NCBI GenBank assembly: GCA_001949185.1
Contig: BDGG01000012.1
Coordinates: 860,973-924,972 of the forward strand
DNA length: 64,000 nt
DNA from: Ramazzottius varieornatus
Taxonomy: Eukaryota; Animalia; Tardigrada
Direction of reading: 5' to 3'
The position numbers and the translations under genes were made by a program. This document shows positions 13,119 to 25,894 of this stretch, one piece after another; within the stretch, counting starts at the first letter, position 1, and the number at the start of each line of letters is the position of its first letter. The notes below the pieces were generated by a model. It was not told where the DNA came from. It made no database searches and was given only the letters and a program-made list of their open reading frames with translations.

Positions 13119-16100
13119 TCGAGTTGCTGGAAATTTTCAGTTGACTATTGTGGGCGGAGCATAACCGAGCGATTGGCCGCAGCTACGACATAGCCTGCAC
13201 TCGTAGCCAGCTGGCTGTACGTACGTGCCAGATGGCTGCCATGGGGTAAGTGGGAAAATACCCCATAGACGGTGTCAGCTGGCCTATAAAAGCCGGCACG
13301 CGATGCAAAAACATTTTGATGTTGTTTAGTCTCACAGGCACCACATCAACAACGGAAGCATCCCCGTAAGTTGCGTGGGGCTCTGGTCAGCCATTATGAC
13401 TGCCAGGCCATGCCTTAGTTTTCTGGACTTCGTTCAGTTATGGGCACGCGGACGGGCGGCAGAAAGGGCAATCCATGCGCGGAAGTGGCGTATAGCTGAG
13501 GAATGTCCACAAGGGCATCCGAAGTGGTACGGCCGCTCTCCTTTCATGGTGCGCCCCGGCCGAACCTTAAAAAAGGGGCAAACCTCTGCGCAAAAAATAA
13601 AAGTAAAAATTACAAGAAAAAAAGTACATCCAGCTAATCAAAATTCAAATTAATGGAATATGAATCAGCACTTCTTGATCGTTATGACTCAACATAATTT
13701 GAGGCTTATAAGGTAATTAAAACGCTTTCCTTGTTTGTAGAATGATCGATATACTGACTGGTCGATTGATTGAAGAAATTGTTGTTTTTAGAGGTATCAT
13801 TACCTTATTTTTTTGCGCAGAGGAAGGGGAAAACCAGAATCAAAAATTACTTGATTAGTTTGGATAGCAGAGAGCAACTGATATATTTGACCCGTGTTAT
13901 GTCACAAAAAATGAAGTATCGTATGACAGTCCTTGTCAAGATTGATGAGAACGGAAACCACGTTATCCAGTGCTCACAGTGTTGTCAGAACATACACCAT
14001 CGATGCCAAGAACCTGTAAGCCGTTAACGTTTTTACGGTTTGTGGTAGAGGAGACGAGTCACTAGTATAATTACGTGACATGGTTGCAGATAGAACTCCC
14101 CCAAATTTGAAGAATAATTGCCCGGAGACAGTTCCGCCGGTGCAAGATCAGGTGTGAAATTCTTACTCGGACTGATAAGCGAAATTAAAGCTGATTTCAA
14201 GTTTAGTGCTTCGTAGACCCAGAAGTCCACCAAGCGGACCAGAAAGCGGTCATCCTTGTCCCCCGAACGACTGCTGCAGCAGCCTGAGTTTCGCCACTTC
14301 GACTTCTCGCCGAAAAAGACAGCACGTTGTATGTCATCCATGCAACAAGAACGTGATCACCCTCGGGACGAAGCAGACCGTATTCGATTCGGATCTTGAG
14401 CGTCAACGAAGGACCAAGAAACACGGAAAACGAACTTCCCAGCACACCCTTCTCAAGCCACACTATCATGCTTCGTCGTCTGGCATTACCAAGCAGAAGG
14501 ACTGGAACATAAAGTCGGTCATCTGTCCAGCCTGCAACAAGCCCGTAACCGCTTTTACCTGCAGCATGAGGATGCATGTGAAGACAACCTTCCACAAGAG
14601 CAGCGTCCAGAAACGAGCCATGGTTTTGCACGAAAGACCCGAAAACATGCCAGCCAAGACCCGTATCAACAAGCTCCGTCGTCTCTGGTTCAGCAGTCTT
14701 GCTGCCGCCAGTGTACCCATCCTTGCTAGCGATAAATTCAGACATTTCCTGAGGACATTCGTAGAGGGTGGCGCTGCGATACCTCAAAGGTAGCAGCTAA
14801 TGACAGTCGGTATTCCTGAAATACAAGGGGCTGAAAAGAAACGCATCATGGAAAAGTTTCGCGGTAAGCATCGGATATTGCGATCACAATAGCCGAAACT
14901 GAACTGAGTTGTTCTTACAGGCTTGAAGTATTCCATCGAAGTAGACTCCAGTCCGATTGCCAAGAAACATTTCTTTGCTGTGTTACTCTTACCGGTGAAC
15001 TCGGGCAAAGGCGAACTCGTCAGACTGGAATTTCCCAAGAGTGTGACTGGACAAACGACGGGTGATACTGTGAAGAGCGTGATGCTGGAATACGGTCTGG
15101 ATGCAGTGAACTGTCTGGCCTTCATCGGAGACGGCGCAAGCGTGAACCATAACGCGTTTAAAGAGCATCTCGAGAAACAGATTCCAAATGCTAAGTTCGT
15201 CGTCTGTATGGCCCACTCTTGGAACAACGTCCATGGCGAGCTGATCAAGAACCTTCCGTTGCTGGTCAAGTTTCTGGCTCGGGTTCAGAAACTCTTCTGT
15301 CATTCTGGTGCAAGGAAGCAGCAGCTCAAAGATTTCGTCATGGCTCGAGGTTTGCACTTTACATCCCCGGTGTTCTACAGCAAGACGCGCTGGTCAACCT
15401 ACTTGAGGAGCATACGATACTGGGTCAAGTACATCGACGAAATCGAGGCATTTGTCGAACAGCTGAAAGTGTCGGGTAAAGTCGCCAAGTGCCTGCAGTA
15501 CCTGCGAGAGATGTCCAGTAACATGGACGAAAAGTACAAGCTTCTGTTTCAGCTGCGCGCTATTGATCACATTGGTGACAGACTCGAGGCTGAGCTGACG
15601 AAATATGAAAACAACAGCCTACCGTTCGCCCCTTATGTGCTGGAAGCGACAGCAAGAATCTCCAGTACTTTCGAGGGTCTTCCTTTGGACAACGAACTGG
15701 ATCCTCACGCACCAGCAGAAGGAAGAACGAACGGATGGACAAGGAAACTTTGGTACACCGAAAGCAAGACCCAGCTTGTTGCTGCGCTCACTGCAGCGAA
15801 AGCCAAAGTGGATCAAGTCTCCAAGGAACATCCTGAGTCTAATTTCCTGATGGGGGTAAGAATTCTTGAGCTCAGCCAGGCTGTGAGAATGATGGAAGAC
15901 CGAGAATGGACCAACATGCGAGATACCATCGTTCCAAAGCAGGGCGTTACAGGGATAAGTCAAATCCCGATGGATGAGTGGAGGGTCTACCAGAAGATTG
16001 CTGAAGAACTCATGCTCATCAACGCGGAGAACCTGGATTCGTTCTGGAGAAGCCACCCGAAGGAACTACCAGTCTTGCATGCTATTGCTCTCCAGAATAT

Positions 16101-16680
16101 ATGGACACCAGTTAATTCGGTGGAGGTTGAGAGATGTTTTAGTGTTATCAACTCGTTCTTTGGAAAAAAGCGATATCAGATGAAGAAGAATATAGCAGTT
16201 CTGATGAGTTTTGCTTTCAATATGAGACGCTTGAAAGACTGTGACACGTTTGATAATAGTCTTCAACATATAGAATTGTACAATGCTGCCTAGTTATACA
16301 AAAAATTTGATTATGCTCAGTAAATAAAAAATTGCCATCAAGTTGTCTTTCGATTATCAGACTTCAGTTCCACACGGTTACTTGTGTAAAACTATAGTAG
16401 TTATATATTTCGTGATTTTCTGACGGCGTAAGTAACAATGCGGAACTGTAGTCAGCTAGTTCGTGAAGTTATGTTAATGTGTATCGTTCTGTTGTCACGA
16501 TGGTTTCTTGTCAGCGTAGAAAAGAGGGTTGCAGTTTCTTCCTCCGCATAACGTAGTTTATGTGTGCTGGTGCGCGTCGGGCTGCAGTAGGTAGGTGCAT
16601 GTCGTAGTTTGGTACCGCGCTCGGCATGCGCTCCTTCATTCGCTAAATTCGCCAAAATCTGACAATTTCCAGCAACTGTA
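13119..16680 (+). mobile_element. hAT-superfamily DNA transposon (CGGBP1-like clade), ~3.56 kb
   Basis: TIRs tcgagttgctggaaattttcag (13119-13140) and ctgacaatttccagcaactgta (16659-16680). Flanking 8-mers gtttcgat (13111-13118) and gtttcgaa (16681-16688) match 7/8, fitting an 8-bp hAT TSD. Internal transposase present. Confidence 0.85.
13911..16293 (+). pseudogene. hAT transposase with N-terminal Zn-finger modules, disrupted by an in-frame TAG and a probable frameshift
   Basis: Zn fingers CHPC..KKH and CPAC..HVKTTFH. CGGBP1-like LAAASVP..FRHFL..IP segment, TAG at 14791-14793, then intron 14864-14920. Catalytic SIEVD, FIGDGASVN, CMAH, TRW and VEVERCFS are intact. 5' boundary approximate. Confidence 0.8.
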
Positions 16681-17007
16681 GTTTCGAATACAGAACAGAA
16701 GACCTTGGGTCCTTTACTCTTTGGGGAAACCCCAAGGGCTGACGGCGAGCCCGTGATCCCTACGGGCGTGACGGTGAGGGCCGTGACCTCGCTAGGAAAA
16801 GATCGATTGTTTTGGTTTTTTTATCGATGCTTTCGCTCGAAATTCTGCTTCCCTCATGGGGGTTTCTTGACGTTTGACTCACGAAGAAGTTTCACTGCCC
16901 CATCTCGGAGGAGTTTCGTCTGTCCCTAGCTTCCACCGCTGACAGCGTACTTAATCACTCGGAGAACTACTCAGGTCACTTCCGGTCGTGCGTTCACTGG
17001 GTCCAAG

Positions 17008-17551
17008 ATGGTTTGCATTCCATGCATTTTGATTCCAGCCTTCCTCTGGATCTACCACAAGTTCATCCGACCGTATATGGGGCCAGTGTTTGTGAAGCTA
17101 GAAGAATGGATGGCGCCGCTGAAGGCAAAATGGTGTCCTGAATGGTAACGATTCTGAGCTCGCAGATCACAGTAACGAGATAAGGGGAGGTTACACTATA
17201 CTTACTCGCATGACGAAGTATTGATGTTTTTCTCTGTTTGTAGTGTGGATGGAGTATGTCCTATCAAGCCTTCGAAGTCGAAAAGCGATAGATTAGCTAA
17301 AGTGGACAAAACCACGAATAAAACGGTAAGCAACGACCGTTTGTGCAACTTCCGGGTACTCCGATTACTCTTTAAAGCTGTGGTCGAAGAACATAGTAGG
17401 TACAGATTTGCTTTGACAGGATTCTGCCGGCGAGGACAGAAATCTCAAGATGGATGATTTGCCCAAAGTCATCCAGAAAGGAGGATTTGGTGCTGATGTC
17501 TCGGGATTACGATCTCGTGGGGAACAACGCGCAGAAGAGGCACAGAGCTAA
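17008..17551 (+). CDS. C18orf32: UPF0729 / C18orf32-like small membrane protein, 3 exons (exon 1 not in ORF track)
   Basis: Exon 1 gives MVCIPCILIPAFLWIYHKFIRPY, the family N-terminal signature (MVCIPCIVIPVLLWIYKKF). Donors near 17145 and 17326; stop TAA 17549-17551. Confidence 0.85.
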
Positions 17552-17984
17552 CTAGACGCGCTAGTTATCACAGTACTGCTGCGCTTGTCGTCCATGAACT
17601 CTTTATAATCTGGAACTACGTGAGAAATCCGAATTATACCATATGTTCCTTGAACCATTCAGAAAGATCTAGTCGCATCGCTTAGATTTCATGATATGGA
17701 CGCCTAGTTATTACTGTTACCAACCACCCACTTTGCAGGTTACCGAATTCTTTATGGCTGTGTCTTGCGCTTCTAATCTCTTCGGGTGCTGTTAGAGTGA
17801 TGAATTCCAGAAAGGGCTTGTAACTGGAAAACAAAACCAAAGTTGAACGAAAGGGCTGTCCATTTGGAATGTAAACGGAAGTGCAAACTGAAGCATACCC
17901 CAGCGGCTAAAATGCCAGGCCGACGTCATCGCGGCCTGTTTCACTGACCGTTGAGTTTAACTCCGATCCTATCACTCTGGCTGG

Positions 17985-19911
17985 CTAACGCTTTCTCGTG
18001 GTCCCCGTTGAGCGGTCTCGACTCCTTGGTATCACTTCGAATGGCGAATTCATCAAAGGCATGATTCTGTTATTTCAATGGCACCATTGTTTCAGATACG
18101 AGGCATGCAGAGCTTTTTCGTGCAATAACCGCAGACAGCTATACGTGCCATTGTTCTAAGAAAAATCACTTACTCAGTCTTCTTCCTGTCCGGTGCGTTC
18201 TCCTCAACAGGAGCCGGCTTCCAGACTAGGTCCTCGAACCACGCTGCAAAAAGCTGGAAGCGCAGGGGATCCGGAAGTCCGCTACGGCTTGCTCCTTGTC
18301 TGTCGAGTGCTTTCTTGTACCGCGGATTTCTGTCAGAAAGAGCATACACGTATACACGATTAGAAAGACCACACGTACGCTTATTTACTGTATCTTTTTA
18401 AGCGACTGAGAGTCAGAGGAAATTCGATGCGCAATCGACTCACATTCCAGTCTTGTAGATTTCATTGTCCCGAGCATACTTTGCCTTCAGCTCCTCCCTG
18501 TAGTACTTCGGATACCTATGTTAGACAAAACGTATCTTAAACATACGAAAGTTCCGACGTTTCCTTAGTGCATTTAGGTTTTCCCGGAAATACTTACATG
18601 GACCACGCGACAGGGTAGTTGATTGGATCTTCTTGGGCGTCTCGACCATCTTCGAACCTGAGACTAGTCCCGACACCGATAACGCCGGTTCCTGCTAGAC
18701 GCTTCCGAATGAGCTGCGGGTGATCTTTTTCGCCCTTAGGTGGATCTGGCCCATCCAAGTTCTTGTCGGTATCTTCTATGATTGACTGAACTGGAGGAAC
18801 GGCAACCTTTGGTTGGGGAGCTAACTGGACTGGAACTGGCGCCGTAGCAGCGGAGTCCGAAACATCTTCAGGAGAGTCTTCCGATTCCTCCGCCACAGTG
18901 GACATAACCTGGATGCGGTCTGAGGTCCGACGTTGTTCTTTCGGCTCTAGATGATAATTATGGAGAATGCTCACCACATTCGTTTCACGTTCGTATCCGT
19001 AATGCTAGTATAAACTTACCTTCAAGTTTCAGCAGTGGCTCCTTTCGATTTCTTGAAAACAGGACCGTTCGAGTCAGCTCGCGCAGCGAACGCCGTTGAG
19101 CGCTTTCGTGCCTTGGAGGGTTGATCTCCACCTCGTTTTTGCCTCGTTGGCTCTTCGCTGAAGGAGGCGCCCAGACGTTGTAACTCTTGGCCGGCTTCTT
19201 GTCATTTTCGGAAACTTTCATACGATCTTTGATGGAAGAAATGGCGATACCGTTACCGTCTTCGTCATACAAGGAAGGAGCTTCAAACAAACAAAACCGA
19301 GGTCAGCCGTGGGGACGTCCGGTTTGCGGGTACGAGTGAAGGCGCTATCAACGTTTGGTACTTGTACGGAAGCCACAGCATGATTATGTCGTCTCAGTTC
19401 TAAGCCTCTTACCTGCGAGCGCATTTTTGTTCTGTCTGCTTGGGCACAGGTATTCGTGCTTTCGCAGTTCCTCCTTTGTCCGAAAGAAGTGATACTGCGA
19501 GAACGGACAGGATAGGAAGCCTCTGCCGTGAGTCTGAAAACAAGACCCAACGCAAAGTAAGTTTTGCAGATATTTTGACTTGGGAATGGGGAATACTTCA
19601 GGGTCCCAGCAAGATTGGTATCGAACAGAAGGATGTATATTGCCCAGAGAGTTCAACAGTGTCCTTACCACTTTGCACTCGTTGATATGGTATGGAAGCT
19701 TCTTCCGTTTCAAGAAATGACTCTCCACAAATGGGCACTAAAATACCAGACAATAGTTATCCTGGTGAGTTGACTTGATACCCATCATTCGTAAAATGTT
19801 CTGTCGCCATTAATTGTATTTCCCTACCGTAACCAGATCATCAGGATCATACTGATCTTTGTGAAAAGCAGCCTTCTTCAGCTCCGCGTACGAGAAACTT
19901 GGTCGAGCCAT
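17985..19911 (-). CDS. GTSF1/Asterix-like tandem CHHC (U11-48K-type) zinc-finger protein with long C-terminal extension
   Basis: MARPSF..YDPDDLVT|CPFVESHFLKRKKLPYHINECK..LSCPFSQYHFFRTKEELRKHEYLCP gives two C-H-H-C fingers resembling GTSF1 (DPEKLLQCPYDKNH..PYHLIKC). Further GT-AG exons continue to ~17985; 3' end uncertain. Confidence 0.72.
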
Positions 19912-20602
19912 ATTTTACCCAACTTTTGGCACACTTGGTGTTGTAACAAAAACTCCACTTGCCAATCCCAAGCGTCAGATCACCCTCCGAATTCCGGTTC
20001 ACTACCAACTTCCACGGCTCTACCACGAGCCGCTGCCAGCGCTGTGATTAGTATCCATCACCGATCGGCAACTGCATCGGCAACTACAGCTGAAGGATAA
20101 GAGTCTCCATCTTGTACAGCAGCACCAGCAAAGCACCTGTAGAGAAGACAAGACTAACTCAGAGCGAAGGTGATCAAGGAATAAACGTGAAGATCTAAGA
20201 GCGGGAATCAAAAGGAAGAAAGGATCGACGGGCGGAACGACAACAAAGATCTCACTGGCTCCAGCTGTTTCCGGTCTTGTCCCATTGCCTTCAACAGCTT
20301 CGGCGAATCACGACGCGGTCCGAAACGAGATTATCTCTTGATTGGTTATTGCTCCGATTTAGCCCGCGCCCACCGGCGCCGAGATCAAAGTGGTCCGCCT
20401 GTTCACGTTTTTCAACGAGAATTTTCGCTCCTTTCTCTCCTCAAACGCAGAGTCCTCACTCCTGGACTCCTGACCCATGACCGATTGACGTTGGGTTTCG
20501 CATGCTGGCCTTAATTTCCTGTTGTTTTCCACTTGAGTTCGTAGTCCCGATGAGTGTTTGTTCGTTGTTTGTCCTTTAACCGTGCTCTTCAGGGAAATCA
20601 GG

Positions 20603-21269
20603 ATGGACGGGGATACTGCCAAGGAGGAAGGTTTTGAGCTCATGGTGGACAGCAGCGAATTTGAAGACATCGAAGTGGATGAACCGGAGGTCTGTATAAC
20701 AGAATCGAAGAAAGCCCCTAGAGTTTTTGAACCTGCAAGCTGTTTGGACGCCTTAACAGTGTTTTCTGAAATATGGATCGGTGACAACTTTCTTGCTGTT
20801 GCAGCCCACCACTCTGCAAAAAGAAGTGGAAAAGAAAAAACCTGAGCCCTCGAAGCCTTCCAAGCTCCGTGATACAGGGGAAGACATCAATGTCGGACCC
20901 AGCCAGTATTCTTTCTTGGGAGAAACAGCCCGACGAGAGCAGGAGATGGCGGACGCTGAAGATGATGGTCATCGTGGTCGCAGGCTCAACTATCGCGACC
21001 GACTGGATGAAATGACGGCTAACGGTATAGCACATTTTCATATCTGTTTTCTTTCTCTTGCATGACCATAACGATTCCGATCACGGTGATGTTTTATGAT
21101 AGAGGAAAACGCAAAAGCCAAGGAGTACCATGATCTGAAGAAAGAACTGGACAAACTGAGTCCTCAACAGCTGGACTTGCTGAAGCAAGTTCTGGAAGTG
21201 GACGAGATTGCCTGGAACAGCAAAAAGGAACATTTTACGCGCTACTTTGGAGCGCGTGTTTACAAGTAG
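20603..21269 (+). CDS. Hypothetical small acidic/coiled protein, 3 exons
   Basis: MDGDTAKEEGFELMVDSSEFEDIEVDEPE|PTTLQKE..LDEMTAN|EENAKAKEYHDLKKELDKL..GARVYK*. Canonical splice sites keep the frame open. No family recognised; may have upstream exons. Confidence 0.5.
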
Positions 21270-21550
21270 GCTGGGCCGCTGGATCCTTTCTGCAAGAAAA
21301 CGTCCGGGAAGACTCTCCAGCCCCCATACGGCCCAAAGAATTTCAGACATTTTGCGAACCGACGTTAATCGGCACCAGTAATTGCTAATACTGGTGACAG
21401 AAATTCCTTCATTTTTGCTTGGAGTAAATTTACGAAAGACCAAGATGGAAACTGGGGCGTGAAATTGTACAAAGTAGAAAAAAACGTAGACTGGATAAAC
21501 AGATAAAGGCTCTGTGAAACAGTAAGAAGTCAAAACTTGAACCAAACTGG

Positions 21551-23687
21551 TTACTGCAAAGACTGTAGCATGGAATTGGTAGCTTCACTTATACGAAGCT
21601 GACCCAGTAAGAAACGAAGAGCGCGATCTTCCGAACGATCGTCCCTGTGAACGTGAAAACTGATTCTGTCCATCACCGTTGTCTGGTCCTCCGTACATGC
21701 TGGTAGGACGAACTCATATCGACACCAAGATGCACCTGGAACTACGCTGTTCAGGTCACAACATCTTGCTGGAAGTAACGTTTCTCGACTCTCCTCACTT
21801 CCTGTTGAGGTACACTGAGCTTGCCCGCCACACAAGCACAGAACCATGCGCTCTCCGATGACGATTTCCAACCCGAAACGAATGCCCCTGAGCTCGCCTT
21901 GCGCAGGAGCTTTCACGGTTATATCAACTACCACGGTGTTTTTCAAAGGAATTGCTGTCTGAAATAGTGTCCACCTCGTCACACTCTTTGTCGAGCTAGT
22001 GCTAAGCTCCAAGCACCCGCCACCACTCCAAGCTTCCCCGAAACAATGCCGCTTGCTGCACGCATCTTCAGTACGTGTACTATCGTTCGCATGAAAGACT
22101 GGCTGAATGTTCTGCTCGTTCAGATTGTACCAATGTGTCAGTTCCTCACACTTTTCAGACTGGTGTTTCGAAAGTTCGCTTGGACAATCAACAGGAAGAC
22201 CTTCGGCAAACTTTCGCCTACCATACCCGACGCAGAAGCTGGTTTTGAGTGGTAGCTCTTCGACAATCTTGTGCGAAGGTAGGTAAGGCGACATCAAGAG
22301 CCAGAATTTTTCTTGGTTTTCCTGGAAGCAGCTGGCGTCGTTGCACTCGAGGACCCACCCAGGAGCGAAGAGCGCGACAGACATGTCATGCTCTCTTATG
22401 ACCCTCAGGGCCTCCGAAGTGTTCCATCCACCTCCGCCGTGACATCCTCGACCAAAACAGTCGACACCGACGAACACGTCGTACTGCCGGAAATTTCCCG
22501 CTGTCGCCTTGGATGCCACCAGATCTGCATGAGGAAATGTATTAGGAGCGAGCTCGTGCTTCGAAAGAATGGTAGACCCGGAAATGGAAGTATACAAGGG
22601 GGCAGTATCTTCCATGCTTTTACCTTCAAATTTCCAATTGTAATTCAGAAAAATTCCGTCCGCAAACTGGAAGAATTTCCTGTGGATAATAACACCTGCT
22701 AACTAATATCAAGTCTTTTGCCAGGAACAGAAGACCATATGGTACTACGCTTAGTATGCTGGCCTATCTTCGTACTTACATGTTATAATCGTTCAGTGCG
22801 TTTTGCCATTTCAGGTCTCCCTTGATGGTAATGCTGTCGTACCAAATGATGGTCAATCGTCGGCTCTTTCCATTCAACGATATCGGAGAGCGTAGTTTCC
22901 GCAGGAATGCAGCGACTTTGTCGACGTCGGTTGGCTGCAGAAGAACGCACACAGTAGCGGTTGGGCGTTTTTGCGAGAAGAAATACAGAACGAGAACGAC
23001 CTGCAGTACGAGCACTTCGGAATCCAGCAGGCGGATTACCTTACTTCAATAGAATTTTCCACGTTGACGAGCCAGCCGTCCAAATGATGCTCTTCGGCAA
23101 TCTTTACGAGTTGGGAAGCAGTTCTTTTCAGCAAAGCATCGTCAGAGAGAAGTGTTAGCCATATAGCTTTTCCGTCGTCCCACTCCGTGATGAGCGTCCC
23201 TAAAGACGGAAAGGGGGCCATATCACCAAGCATCTCCAATTATAACTACTGGAAGCCAGGTAATACTCACCAAAAACCATAACTCCATTCCGATGTGCCG
23301 CGTTGATCCATCCAACAGGTGGTATTGTAACAAAGTTGTGGCTGAAATATATGAAGCCATGGATATGTGACCAGTGGTAGAACAGGTACGGCTCGTCTAC
23401 TCCAACGAGACTACCGTGCGTGAATCTGCAACGCAACCTACAGTTAGCCGGGACGGATACTCCAAGATGGAATCTTTCCAGTTCGATGTAGACATTCCTT
23501 ACCGATCTGCAAGGTATCCGCCCTTCATATCATGGCATAGTAGGGTTCTTGGCTGGTTAACGCTTTGCGTCCAAGCATTCTTCTGCCCCAACGGAACAAT
23601 AACTGGACTATCGTTTAATGACATGGCCTTCCATTCCAGAAGTCCATTCAGCGTCCTCAGCGGTCTCGTCTCATGGTCTGATGACAT
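21551..23687 (-). CDS. ENGASE: Cytosolic endo-beta-N-acetylglucosaminidase (GH85)
   Basis: [52 protein letters not shown] (catalytic N-x-E), [32 protein letters not shown]. Confidence 0.93.
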
Positions 23688-24239
23688 CCTTGAGGATCTT
23701 CAGTTAAAAGATCGCCGAGGAATCCTTCAAGGGATAAACCCTATTTACTGATCTAGATCTGTAGATGCGACTGGTACGAAGAGGCGGTAACAGTAACACC
23801 GTGGCAATTCGATAGCGACGGAAGTGACATTTTAACATGACGATAGTTTGCTACATTATACATAGGTATGACATGACAGGCCAACGAGACGATAAGGCTG
23901 AGCAACTGCAGTGACGTCAAGCGTGTGCCAGTTTGTAGGGGTTTGAAGGGTTCTTCATCTTACTCGGTGCTTCTTTCCGCAGCGAACTCTCCTCGCATTT
24001 TTGTGAGTTTAGTCGGAGCCACTCTAACACCAGTATTTGTTTAGTGACCGAAACGCTGGCGATACAGCATACAAATCATGGCAGTCACCGTCAAGGGAAG
24101 AAAAAACATAAATAGCGTGAGGCTTAAAATCAACCAAAAGACTGGGCTTGGTGTCACAGGTGAACGACAAACGGTAAAGGTACACGTACTGTAAAGCTGC
24201 TCCCGCTCGAAAGCACCGTAAAGGTGTTACATGGATGTA

Positions 24240-25894
24240 TCAAATGTATACCCGAACCCTGCTCTCTATAGGTTCTCTACAGATATGACAGTTCTGTAAA
24301 GATTTGGAGCACTTTCTGCAGCTCTCAACATGACCACATGGAACGAACGCCATATTTGCAGGATGTTCCATGCAGACCGCGCACACTTTCCCTGAAAATT
24401 CAACCTCGCTGGGCCTGTGAGCTCCGGCAGGGACCGGGAAGCTTTGTCGCTCGACTTCCACTTGTACAACCCTCTCCATTTGATCCACCTCCGCCGCAGA
24501 TCGCCGTCGTGCACTGTTAAGCCGGTGTCGACGTCTGCAACGTCTGCAATGTTTTTAGCTGACCCCTTCGCGTCAGTTACGGTAGCACTAGAAATTATTA
24601 CAGCGCCGGCATACCTTCTGTCTTCTGCATCCAGGATTATCTGCACCAGACATTCCGTGTCCGGTGTTTTCTCTGGAGCAGTCCGCGAGAGTTCGTCCAG
24701 CGCTTTCTCAACCTGCCTAGCTGTGAATCCCATATTGATAACGTCCCGTACAATATGGGTTATTTCGGTGCTGGGAGCGGTGGGTGTTTCCGGGATATGA
24801 ATAGGCTGCGATGTAGAAGCCGGTGCTTCGTAGTTGTTCTGATGGACTTCGACTTCTGCATCGGCTGCTGTTGACGCACTGGGGCCTCCAAAAGCCGACA
24901 TGATATTCTCGACCAGCTTGGAGTGTCGATGAAGGTCCCTTAGCCTCGCTGGGACGATTCTTTCCAGGTACTTCCTGGTTGCAGAGCGCTCTCCCCCTTC
25001 GTGTCCTTCGCTCTCCGCCGCTGAAGTCCTTCGCGCTCTATGAACGAACAGTAGTCCCTTTCTCCTGTTCAGGAAGGTGCAGCCCATGGTCAATCGGGCA
25101 TGTAACACCCAAGGATCCTCGTACTCATGCTGACTGAGCTCCACACCGATCCCACAGTAGAAACATTTGATGATCTGTCTGTTGGCTAAAACCAGCAAAA
25201 TCACAATTTCATAAGTGAAAAACTAAAATGTGTAGCCACCCGGCTGGACTTACGCATCAGGTAGAATCCTGCGTCCGCTAGGGCCGTGGCTTTATTGGAG
25301 TCTGTCGGACAAACATGCTCGAAAGTTTTCAGCCGGGCTGCTTCCGAAATCATCTGAGGCGAGGTCGCTGCAATTTAGATGAACGCATACAAATTCCCGG
25401 CAAGCTACGGTCTACACCGTTCCTTCCGCTCTAAGAAGTAAATCACTACGGTCTACGGAGCATGCGACCTTACCTTTGTCCCAATTTATCATGGCACCGA
25501 CTGGATTCAACCTGGACACTTTGCTCGACCACGAACGTCCCTGGATAAACTTACATTCCTGGTACAACTTCTGAAACTTTTTGTGGGCTAGTAAGGGAGC
25601 TTTAGCATCTCCCTTGTACGGCTCCCATCCCCAGATAATCACCCCACACGAGCAGCACTGGGTTCGATCTTCCGCTCCCGTATAGAACATGCCATACTTC
25701 GCGAAAGTTCGTGGATCTTGAGGGTGGTCAGCGGGCCAGTTCGCAAAACTGGCCAGTCGCTCTTTGTAGGTTGCCATTGACTTCGTGGCAGTATGGGCAT
25801 CCTGGGACCCTGATACTTCGGAACCGTCTCCTTCGAAGACATCGCTATCCGAATCTTCATCGAACGACGGCCCGAATGTCATCGAAGCGTTCAT
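24240..25894 (-). CDS. Inhibitor of apoptosis (2 divergent BIRs + UBA-like + RING)
   Basis: BIR ERLASFANWP..GMFYTG..CCSC..H..C. Second BIR ARLKTF..DAGFY..KCFYC..DPWVLHARLTMGC. UBA-like INMGF. An intron (AG|gtatgc...ttgcag) joins to the RING CAVC..FVPCGH..C..C..CHICR..RVYI*. Confidence 0.88.

Noticed and set aside
16735-16800. Hammerhead ribozyme (CUGA followed by stems)
   Set aside because: The core reads CUGACGG rather than CUGANGA, and no GAAA follows stem II.
24240-24620. Apparent frameshift between the IAP UBA region and the RING (two overlapping ORFs)
   Set aside because: A canonical intron (AG|gtatgc ... ttgcag|A) restores the frame; no recoding is needed.
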